Shown here piece after piece: positions 49,879-60,481 of a stretch of DNA of 64,000 nt. Within the stretch, counting starts at the first letter, position 1; the number at the start of each line of letters is the position of its first letter. A program made the position numbers and the translations under genes. The notes below the pieces were generated by a model. That model ran no database searches. It had not been told where the DNA came from and saw only the letters and a list, made by a program, of their open reading frames with translations. Source of the DNA: Azolla caroliniana (lineage: Eukaryota > Plantae > Polypodiophyta); assembly GCA_043228905.1 (NCBI GenBank), contig JBHGNT010000018.1, positions 11,408,001-11,472,000 on the forward strand, written 5' to 3'.

Positions 49879-52800
49879 TGTTGGGATTACGGTCCCTCCG
49901 GATGGGATGGTCAGATGTCCGGGAATCGGGATGAAGACCCCGGCTACGGAGCCGGATGATGAAGACCCGGTTTCGGATCCGGGTGATGAAGACCCGGTTT
50001 CGGATCCGGATGATGAAGACCCCGGCTACGGAGCCGGATGATGAAGACCCGGTTTCGGATCCGGATGATGAAGACCCCGGCTACGGAGCCGGATGATGAA
50101 GACCCGGTTACGGAGCCGGATGATGAAGACCCCGGCTACGGAGCCGGATGACGAATGTACCCAGAGAGAGATCCGGATGCGGGGACATATTTGTGAATAT
50201 GTTTGCCAAGGGCCCTCTAGGCTATATTTGTAAATAGCCCGAAAGTCATATGTGTATAAATATGACTTAGGGCAAATAGTTTGTAAGTTGTTGCTCATTT
50301 TTCTGTTTTTCACTTAGAGGGAGAAAAGTGAGAGCAGCCGAGAGAGAGAGTGAGAGAGAGAGATAAAGAGGTCGTTGCCTCTGTGTATTACCGCCGCCTG
50401 TGGCGAAGACAGTGAGCTCAAGGTTGTTGCCTTGTAGCTTCACCATCGTACATCTCTGCTTATAGTGATAGTTGGATTCTGAGGACTCCCGTGGTTTTTC
50501 CCATTTAGGGTTTTCCACGTAAAACATCCTGTGTACTCTTCTCTCTATTGTCCTCGTGCATTTTGTATTTCCTATTTTCTGGAGTTGATCCTATTCCTCG
50601 GTTGTGGCCGAGCACTGTGTTCGACAAAGCGGTATCAGAGCGACGGTAACACAGAAAATGGAAGGCGGCGGTAGTGGGCCTCCGGGCATGATGGTGTTGA
50701 ACTCACAGAACTACGCCGACTGGAAGATAAAGATGGAAGACCTTCTCATCGTCCGAGACCTGTACGAACCGATCGACAATGCCGAGATACCCAAGGGAGT
50801 AATAGAGTCGGAGTGGAAGCTCCTGAACCGGAAAGCCGTAGCGACGATCCGGCAATATGTCGATGTAAGTGTCCTGCAACATGTGGCGAACGATACGAAC
50901 GCTTATGAGATGTGGCAGAAGCTTTCCGGACTGTATGAGAGGAAGAATGCTCTGACCCGGACCTCCCTGATGAGGAAGATAGTGAATCTTAAGTACCGGG
51001 ACGGCGAGAGCATGGTCGAACACGTCAGCACGTTCATGGGATTCGTGAACCAGCTTGCGGCGATCAAGTTCCCGTTGGATGACGCAATGCAAGCCATCAT
51101 GCTGATGTGTACCCTTCCGGAGAGCTGGGAGAACTTGGTAGTTACACTCAGCACCTCCTGTAAGGAAGAGAACTTGTCTTTACTAACGGTAAAGACAAGT
51201 ATTCTAAATGAAGAAGCGCGTCGGAGAGATAAAGAACCGGCCTCCGACTCGAAGGCGCTGCTTACCGAATCGGAACGGGGAAGACAACGGAACCGAAGTC
51301 CGCAAAGACGGGAGAAGTCGGGGACACGGTCGCAGTCGAGGGGAAGACCTACATGCTTCTACTGTGGGAAGCCGGGGCACTTCCAGAAGAACTGTCGGCA
51401 TTTCCGGAAAGACAACGGAACCGACGGTACCGATTCGAAGAAGTCACCGGAGCGAAACGGTGCATACCGGGGAGCCGCGGACCGGAGAGGTCCGGATCGG
51501 CGAGGGCAGGACCGGAAAGGAACGACGGCACTCGCGGCAAGTGAAGAAGAGATAATGCTCATTACCGAAGAGAGGGAGCTGAACCTTGCCGGTGAAGAGA
51601 TGACCTGGGTGGTCGATTCCGGAGCGTCGTTCCACCTGACCCCGGAGAAGAAATACTTCTCATCCTACACAGCCGGTGAGCACGGCTGTGTCCGGATGGG
51701 AAATGAAGGTACATGCCGGATTGCCGGCATAGGAGACGTGTGGCTGATGACATCAACCGGATGCAAGATGCTGCTGAAGGATGTTCGACACGTTCCGGAG
51801 GTTCGATTGAACCTGATTTCGGCCGGCAGGCTAGACGATGAAGGCTACACGGGTAGCATCCGGAACGGTGTCATGAAGTTCAGCAAAGGGAGCCTGATAG
51901 TGGCTCGGGCCCGGAAGGTCAACACATTGTACCTGATGAATTCCCGGCTATGTCCGGAGGAGCTGAACGTGGCAGCTGACACTACCGGTGAGCTGTGGCA
52001 CAAGAGACTGTGCCACATGAGCGAGAAGGGGATGAAGAGGCTTGCCGAAGACAACCTGATACCGGTAAAGCACGCACAACTGGGGAAGTGTACCGACTGT
52101 CTGGCCGGTAAGCAAAACCGGACCTCCTTCCGCTCAAGACCACCGATGAGACATAGTGTACCATTGGAGTTGGTACACACTGATGTGTGTCAGGTAGAAA
52201 CGAAGTCACATGGCGGAGCCCAGTACTTCGTAACATTCATAGATGACCATAGCCGGAAGCTGTGGACGGCACCGTTGAAGACAAAGGACCAAGTATTGTC
52301 CATCTTCAAAGAACTCCACGCGAGAGTGGAAAGAGAATCCGGCAAGAAGCTGAAAGCGATACGAGCGGATAACGGAGGGGAATACCGGGGGCAGTTCGAG
52401 GAGTACTGTCGCTCGAAGGGAATCCGGCTCGAGTTTACTGTGCCGAAGACGCCGGAACTGAACGGGCTGGCCGAGAGGATGAACCGGACCATAATGGAGA
52501 GGGTCCGGAGTATGCTGGCGCATGCGAAATTACCCAAGGGGTTTTGGGCTGAGGCAATGTCGACTGCGACATACGTGATAAATAGATCACCCTCAGTACC
52601 TTTAGACGGAGACACGCCGCAGAGAGTGTGGACCGGTAGGGAGGTATCCTACCGGCACCTGAAGGTGTTCGGGTGTCTCGCATATGTGCATGTGGCAAAG
52701 GACCGGAGAGGAAAGCTAGATCCAAAGACCCGACCATGCATATTCCTCGGTTACGGCGATGACGAGTTCGGCTACCGAGTATGGGACCCGGTCGACAAAA

Positions 52801-55489
52801 AGATATTCCGGAGTCGTGATATCATCTTCATGGAGGACAAGACACTCGCCGACTGGGAGTTGGAGAAGAAGTTGAAGAACTCCAAGTCGACCGGTGAGAA
52901 TCAACCTTGCGAGGAGCAGTCCCGACCGGCAAGGGACCGGTTAGCACTCGAGGATCCGGCCGAAGACGGTGAAGAAACAGAACCGGCCAAGGAAGATGAA
53001 ACTGATACCGGAACCGGCCCCGATCCCGAAATGGATTCGGATGAAGAGGAAACGGAGGAGCCGGTTACCGAAGCTCCGGAGCGGAGATATCCTCTAAGAG
53101 AGAGAAGGGCCCCCTGGAGATTTCCGGAACCAGAGCACGTGCTGCTAACCGACGAGGGGGAGCCGGAGAGTTTTGAAGAAGCAAAGCTTGACACACATAG
53201 CCGCAGGTGGTTAAGTGCCATGCAGGAGGAGATGGATTCCCTGCATGAGAATCACACATATGAACTTGTGGAGTTGCCGAAAGGAAAGCGGGCACTTCGA
53301 AACAAGTGGGTGTTCAAGCTGAAACCGGGAGATGCCGGAAACCCCCCGAGATACAAAGCCAGGATCGTGGTGAAGGGGTTCCAGCAGAAGAAGGGCGTCG
53401 ACTTCGACGAGATATTTGCCCCGGTAGTGAAGATGACCTCCATCCGGACGGTGCTGAGCATAGCGGCAAGCATGGACCTCGAGGTAGAACAGATGGACGT
53501 GAAGACGGCATTCCTTCACGGTGACCTCGAAGAAGAGATCTACATGCAGCAACCAGAAGGATTCGAGAAGAAAGGGAAGGAGCACCTGGTGTGCCGGTTG
53601 AAGAAGAGCCTTTACGGACTGAAGCAGGCTCCCCGGCAGTGGTACCGGAAGTTCGACTCTTTCATGACCGTCGAAGGGTACCACAAAACGCAGTCCGATC
53701 ACTGCGTGTTTGTGAAGAAGTTCGAAGGAGGAGACTTTCTAATACTCCTCCTGTACGTGGACGACATGTTGATCGTCGGACGGGACCAGGCCAAGATACG
53801 GATGCTGAAGAAAGCGCTTCACCGAACTTTCTCAATGAAGGACCTAGGTCCGGCGAGGCAAATACTAGGAATGCACATCATCCGGGACCGGAAGAAGAAG
53901 CAGTTGTGGCTGTCACAGGAGAAGTACGTGACAAAGGTGCTTCACCGGTTCAACATGTCGGAAGCAAGACCGGTCGGGTCGACCCTCCCGGCAAACTGCA
54001 AGTTATCCGGCAAGCAAAGTCCCAAGACAAAAGTTGAAAAGGAGGATATGATGAAGATACCATATGCCTCTGCCGTCGGGAGCTTGATGTACGCAATGGT
54101 GTACACCCGACCGGACATTGGATACGCAGTCGGAGTGGTGAGCCGGTATATGAGTAATCCCGGCAAGGAGCACTGGAACGCAGTCAAATGGATACTCCGA
54201 TACTTAAAGGGCACTTCGAACATGTGCCTCCGATTCGGCTCCGGTAAGCCCGAACTCGATGGATTTACCGATTCGGACATGTCGGCTGATGCGGATACCA
54301 TCCGGTCTACATCAGGGTATGTAATGACATATGCAGGGGGAGCCGTTTCGTGGTAGTCGAGGTTGCAGAAGACGGTTGCGTTGTCAACCACGGAGGCGGA
54401 GTACATGGCGGCTGCTGAAGCCGGCAAGGAAATAATATGGATGAAGGACTTCATTAGAGAGCTCGGTATCCGGCAGGAGGAGTATCGACTCTACTGCGAC
54501 AGTCAGAGTGCCATCCACCTTGCGAAGAATGCGGCCTATCACTCCCGGACGAAGCACATCCAGCAAAGATATCACTGGATCCGGGAAAGGATAGAAGACC
54601 AGGAGTTCGTGCTGACGAAGATCCACACGGACGAGAACGGGTCAGATATGCTGACCAAAGTGCTCACACCCGACAAGCTGGAAGCGCGCCGGAAGAGGGT
54701 CGGACTGGAAAGACATCCCATGCCGAAGTGAAGGGGGAGTTTGTTGGGATTACGGTCCCTCCGGATGGGATGGTCAGATGTCCAGGAATCGGGATGAAGA
54801 CCCCGGCTACGGAGCCGGATGATGAAGACCCGGTTTCGGATCCGGGTGATGAAGACCCGGTTTCGGATCCGGATGATGAAGACCCCGGCTACGGAGCCGG
54901 ATGATGAAGACCCGGTTTCGGATCCGGATGATGAAGACCCCGGCTACGGAGCCGGATGATGAAGACCCGGTTACGGAGCCGGATGATGAAGACCCCGGCT
55001 ACGGAGCCGGATGACGAATGTACCCAGAGAGAGATCCGGATGCGGGGACATATTTGTGAATATGTTTGCCAAGGGCCCTCTAGGCTATATTTGTAAATAG
55101 CCCGAAAGTCATATGTGTATAAATATGACTTAGGGCAAACAATTTGTAAGTTGTTGCTCATTTTTCTGTTTTTCACTTAGAGGGAGAAAAGTGAGAGCAG
55201 CCGAGAGAGAGAGTGAGAGAGAGAGATAAAGAGGTCGTTGCCTCTGTGTATTACCGCCGCCTGTGGCGAAGACAGTGAGCTCAAGGTTGTTGCCTTGTAG
55301 CTTCACCATCGTACATCTCTGCTTATAGTGATAGTTGGATTCTGAGGACTCCCGTGGTTTTTCCCATTTAGGGTTTTCCACGTAAAACATCCTGTGTACT
55401 CTTCTCTCTATTGTCCTCGTGCATTTTGTATTTCCTATTTTCTGGAGTTGATCCTATTCCTCGGTTGTGGCCGAGCACTGTGTTCGACA
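49879..55489 (+). mobile_element. Copia-A variant (#5), full length and young, inserted in the G1 3' LTR
   Basis: 748-bp LTRs 49879-50626 and 54742-55489 with only about three visible substitutions; TSD CCATG/CCGTG; PBS CGGTATCAGAGC 50630-50641. Confidence 0.96.
50658..54731 (+). pseudogene. gag-pol: Copia polyprotein with a single CAG>TAG stop in RNaseH (54354-54356)
   Basis: One ORF to 54356 and an in-frame continuation to 54731; sibling copies have TGG CAG TCG at this site. Confidence 0.93.
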
Positions 55490-55535
55490 CCGTGGTCCAG
55501 CCTCGTTCTAAACGCACGCGCGTAACAACGCGACT

Positions 55536-56114
55536 CCGGAAATTGGCTGCATATGTCGACGCTGGCTAATCACCTTGATGTAGTGTATGAATCTTGTTGA
55601 TAAATGTTCTCGCCCCATCAATATCTCCGAAATAAGCCTTAAATTCTTTGATAAATTCCTGAAAATTATTCAGTAGAGGAGAATTTGTCTCTAGCAATGG
55701 AGCAAACCATGACAACGCTATTCTAGTCAATAAGGTGCCAACTAACCCAACTTGTGATGCATTTGTCCGATAACGCGTGGGATGCATTTGAATCACCAAC
55801 TGTACTTGATTCAAGAAACCTCGAAAATGCGCCCTCGAACCATCAAATTTAGCTGGGAGGCTGATTTTGGGCTCCTTGATAAGTCCTTCACCTTCGACCC
55901 TTTGTTGTTGTAACACTACGATTGTCGACTCTAACTGTTGAACCCATCACATGAACTCCTCTTGTTGTTGTTGCTTCTCTATGGTAACCTTTTTTAGATC
56001 CCCAAGTAGACGTTGATTCTCTACTTCAAGAGATGCGAACTTGGATTTAAGATTCTCCATTTCTGCAACAAGGGTGAGATATTCTTCTGAGTTAATGGCA
56101 ACCATGGTTTCATG
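55536..56114 (-). pseudogene. gag: chromovirus gag N-terminus (coiled coil + capsid)
   Basis: EPKISLPAKFDGSRAHFRGFLNQ...ALSWFAPLLE; continues at 33235-33164 and 27813. Confidence 0.88.
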
Positions 56115-56129
56115 ATGGTTATAGAGGAG

Positions 56130-56164
<35 letters not shown>

Positions 56165-56332
56165 GAATCAAACTGTCAGAACCAAGAATAAAAGATAGAG
56201 TGATGGAAGAAGGATATAAGAGAACACGAGAAGAAAGGAACGAAATGCTAAAAGAAGAATGGGTGTATTGAGATAGAGAAAGAGAATACATGTATGCCCT
56301 TATTTATAGGTTCCTATATAATAGCTTAGAGA

Positions 56333-56391
56333 TTTCTATAATGTTCTAGAATGTTCTAGGACATTCTAGAAGATTCTAGAATGATCTAGAG
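56333..56391. promoter_or_regulatory. heat-shock element array in the chromovirus 5' LTR
   Basis: 10-bp periodic nTTCnnGAAn units, including perfect TTCtaGAAgaTTCtaGAA, ~30-85 bp upstream of the minus-strand TATA (56300-56309). Confidence 0.72.
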
Positions 56392-56444
56392 TTTTTACAA
56401 TAATCAATGTAATACAAAAAGTAGCTTTTATCTTCTCATATGAC

Positions 56445-56516
56445 AATAAGCTATCTTAGTGGTTGAGGTTTTCAATTATGGATTACTAGGTTTGAGGTTC
56501 AAGTCCGGGTGATGCC
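56445..56516 (+). promoter_or_regulatory. degenerate tRNA-like A/B-box element in the chromovirus LTR
   Basis: TATCTTAGTGG 56452-56462 (one mismatch to the A box) and GGTTCAAGTCC 56496-56506, 44 nt apart. Confidence 0.55.
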
Positions 56517-56544
56517 ATAATGGTCATGTGTTCATGATAGTTAG

Positions 56545-58343
56545 AGTATGATTATCGGAGTTGTTGTAGTATTGTTGTACAGAGAGAGAGAGGGAGACAC
56601 GCACACAAAGATCTGTGGGCTCCTGTGGTTTTTTCCCTATTTAGGGTTTTCCACGTTAACATCCTGTGTCGTCTCATTTATGTTTTCTGTTTTCTTCCAT
56701 TGTGTGATTGAGATTCGGTTGTGGCCAAGCACTATTCCTTTCAAACTAGTATTAGAGCATGGAAGATCCATTCAGCACCATGTTCAAGCTTACCGGCTCC
56801 AATTACTCAGTGTGGAAGTCGAAGATTAGGGACATGCTCGTGGTTAAAGATCTCTAGCTGTTGGTACATTTCGGGGACAAAAGACTAGACAAGATTGATG
56901 CATTAACATGGGAGGTGATGCATATGAAGATGACAGTCTACATTCAATGCTTCGTTGACATGAGCCTATACATCAATGAAGAGAGTAATGCTCATGAACT
57001 CTTGTAGAAGATAAGCATTATGTTTGAGAACAAGAATGTCGTAAATCGGGTCTCAGTATTCTAGAAGTTAGTGAGACTCAGCTATCAACATGACTCCAGT
57101 ATGGCGGAGCACATGAATGCCTTCTAGGGGCGGATAAACCAAACAACCTCATTGGAAGTACCTCTAGCCAATGAGGTACTCGCGTTGCTGCTGCCTGGTT
57201 CCCTCCTGGATAGTTGGGAGACGTTAGTTGTCACTTTGGGCAACACCGGGCTAGAAGGGAAACACCTATCCCTAAAGAGGGTGAAATCAAGCCTGTTGGA
57301 TGAAGAAGCTCGTCGAAAGGACCGGGAGTCCGGAACCGATCCAAAGGCCTTGGTTACGGAAGACGACCATAACCAAGGAAGAGGCCGTAATCGGAGTCCC
57401 CAAAACCAGGACAAATTGGGGATGAGGTCAAAGTCAAGAGGGAGGCCCACGTGCTTCTACTATGGGAAGTCGGGGCACTTCCAGAAGAATTGGCAACACT
57501 TCCGAAAGGAGAAAGGAACCGGCAGTGCCGATTCCAAGAAGGGTTTGAACCGGAGGAGTTTGGATCGGAAAGGAACGTTGGCAATCACGACAAGTGAAGA
57601 AGAACTACTGCTCATCACCGAGGAAAATGAGTTGCACCTTGTCAGCGACAAGATGACATGGGTGGTCGACTCTGGCACGTCGTTCCATCTGACCCCTAAC
57701 CGGAAGGACTTCTCATCTTATAGAGCCGGAGATCACGGTTGTGTTCGGATGGGAAATGAAGGCGCATGCCGAATTGTCAGCATAGGAGATGTGTGGTTGA
57801 TGACGCAAATTGTTGTTGAAAGATGTACGACATGTTCTGGATGTTCGGTTGAACCTAATATCCGCTAGTCTGCTAGTTGATGCTGGCTACACGGGTAGCA
57901 TCTGGAGCGGAGTTATGAAGTTTTGCAAAGGGAGCTTGATCGTGGCCCGAACTTGAAAGATCAACACCTTGTACCTGATGCATGCCTGGATATGCCGAGA
58001 AGAAGTGAGCGTGGCATCCGACAATGTCGATGAATTGTGGTACAAGACGTTGTGCCACATGAGCCAGAAAGGGATGCATAAACTTGCCGAAGATAACCTC
58101 ATTCTGGAGGTGAAATAAGTGCAGCTTGAGAAGGGCACCGATTATTTGGCCGGCATGCAAAACCGAACCTCTTTCCAGACAAGACCACCGAAGAGACGGA
58201 ATGCACCGCTAGAGCTTGTGCATACCGATGTATGCCTAGTGAACAGGAAGTCATATGTCGGATCACAATACTTCATGCTGTTCATAGATGACCACAACAG
58301 GAAGTTGTGGGTCTCACCACTTAAGAAGAAGGACCAGGTGTTA
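56545..58343 (+). mobile_element. old Copia-A-related 5' fragment (partial LTR, decayed PBS, gag, PR, INT start)
   Basis: LTR end 56743; TAGTATTAGAGC 56747-56758; ORF 57152-57868 homologous to Copia-A gag. Confidence 0.88.
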
Positions 58344-58770
58344 CCCGTAAGAATATACGGGGAGGAATAAGGGTATGTGTAAAGTAAATGAGTATGTGTG
58401 AGCACATGCACAATTATGTGCATGTGACAAGAGTGTAACGCTTGTGTCTTTTGTATATCCATTAGATTCCCCATAAGGGGTTTATATAATACATAATGTA
58501 ATGGTAATAATGACCGTTACAAAAGAGACGACCGTTACACTCTTGTCACATGCACATAATTGTGCATGTGCTCACACATACTCATTTACTTTACACATAC
58601 ACATCAACCACATCATTACACATACCCTTATGCCTCCCCGTATATTCTTACGGGTAACACATGTGTAATGATGTGTATGTGTAAAGTAAATGAGTATGTG
58701 AGGATGAGTATGTGTGAGCACATGCACAATTATGTGCACGTGACAAGAGTGTAACGATCGTCTCTTTTGT
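58339..58770. repeat. fold-back: three copies of a ~110-140 bp arm (+,-,+)
   Basis: 58339-58453 is the reverse complement of ~58517-58659; a partial third copy lies at 58662-58770. Confidence 0.9.
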
Positions 58771-60481
58771 GTAAAAAGTAGCGTGCGGAAGCAAGTATGA
58801 AGACCGAACAGAAGGAAGAAAACTCAGTTTTAATGGAGAGCTTGAGCTTACGCAGTATACGCGGGAGAGACAGAGCGAGTGAGAGAGAGAAAACACAAGA
58901 ACTATATTCAACAGTATATGCATGTGTGTGTTCAATGAACACTTTTATACAAGTCCTAGAAGGACTTACAGAAGTACTGACAGTACTTCAATGCTCATTA
59001 AGAACTCCTACACTAACTCCCAAATATATTCCTCACGGAATATCTTTCCTAACGGCCTCCCGGTTTACGCACCGATCCGGCCCTACCTACGCACCGGTCT
59101 GCGTACCAGTTTACGCATTCGGCCTAATCGATCGGTCCCAACTGATCCGGTCCTCGGCTTCTTTTGCCGATCCGGCTGATGTTGAGCTTGTCTCTCAACA
59201 CTCCCCCTCAAGCTCAACTTGAGTTGAGGCTCTTCGGGATCTTCGGGCTCACAGCTCCAGTTCCTCTTTGCTTCACGCCTCGCTCGTGCTCCTTGACCTG
59301 TTCGACTCCGTGCGCTTCGACGCTTCCGGTTGGTTTGTCTGCTCATGTGGCCCTTATCAGCTCTTCTGCTGTTGCGGTGTTGACGCTTCTCCTGCTGCCT
59401 TTTCTTCCACTTGGGCCTCGGTTGATTCAGCGTATCTGAATCAAACATCTGAACCGACTCGGCTACCTCCGATAGGTTTTCGCTCTTGTCCGAGTTGGCT
59501 GACTCCAACTCGTCTTCGGTCTTCTCGCCCTTGATGGCGTAATCTTCCCCATGCGTGGTTGGCTTCGGTTCTCTCCTTCGGCTGCTCCCCTTCTGTCCGC
59601 TTCCGGACTTTTCCGCGGGTTCGCCCTCGGCTTCTTCAACCGTTCCGAAGTCGAACTCGATAACCAACTCGGTGTCGCGGTCTCCGCTCCTTTCCTGCTG
59701 CCTTGTTTGGTTGTTCGGGACTGTTCTCCCCCTCAAGTTTGGCACGTCGAGGTGACGCAATCCGAGCGCACCTGAGAATCGCCGCAACTTGTCCAGACCA
59801 AGAGGTTTGGTGAAGATGTCGGCAGTCTGTCGATCTGTCGGAACGTACTGAAGTTCGACTTCACCGGAAAGGACACGCTTACGGACGAAATGGTAGTGCA
59901 CCTCAATGTGCTTGGTCCGTGCGTGGAAAACGGGGTTTTTTGCGAGCTGGATGCTACTGAGGTTGTCGCAATAGATCGTCGTCGGATTTGACACCTTCTC
60001 TTGTAGGTCCTTAAGTAGCCACTTCAACCATATGGCTTCGCATGTCGCGACAGCCGCTCCTCGGTACTCAGCTTTGGTGCTCGACAGTGCAACTGTCGGC
60101 TGCTTCTTACTGCTCCACGCGATTGCGGCACTCCCGAGGGAGAACGCGTATCCGGACGTGGATCGTCGATAGGCGGTGTTGCCAGCCCAATCAGCATCGG
60201 TGTAGCTGACTAACTGCACCGATCCGATATAGCAGTCCCCGGTCCTTAGTGTCGTTGACATACTGAAGTATGCGTTGCGCACACTGAAGGTGCTCCTCGG
60301 TAGGTCGCGCCATGAACTGACTGATCACTCCGACCGGATAACTGAGGTTGGGTCGGGTGATGGTCAAGTATATGAGGCTTCCGACAATTTGTCGGAACCT
60401 CGTCGGGTCGCATACCTTTCCCGTATCGGGACGAAGCTTGATGGTTTTGTCCAGAGGAGTCGAGACGGACTTACAGTCGGC
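58770..60481 (-). mobile_element. Copia-C 3' fragment: RT end, RNaseH with long C-terminal extension, PPT, 3' LTR (~58770-59200)
   Basis: [21 protein letters not shown]; PPT 59201-59210; LTR starts TGTTGAGAGACA on the - strand. Confidence 0.88.

Larger units (their letters stand above)
33236..55535 (+). mobile_element. G1: tRNA-Trp-primed non-chromovirus gypsy (Phygy/Selgy-like), host to four nested insertions
   Basis: 5' LTR 33236-33906; PBS 33911-33928; PPT ~49226-49242; 3' LTR 49243-49878 + 55490-55535; 4-bp TSD ACGG/CCGG. Confidence 0.93.
17770..56540 (-). mobile_element. Tcn1-like chromodomain gypsy, split into five pieces by nested insertions
   Basis: Pieces 17770-18092, 23455-27813, 33164-33235, 55536-56173 and LTR ~56174-56540 rejoin in frame across the TSDs (LGPFVIT|MRIN; GLRS|DVKDLL; ANFR|LIASD). 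Confidence 0.88.

Noticed and set aside
54354-54356. Programmed stop-codon readthrough in Copia pol (likewise TAG at 39967 in G3)
   Set aside because: Sibling elements have sense codons at the homologous positions; simple point mutation is sufficient
56161-56180. Self-priming PBS for the chromovirus
   Set aside because: No tRNA PBS recognised, and I could not find a complementary segment near the predicted TSS
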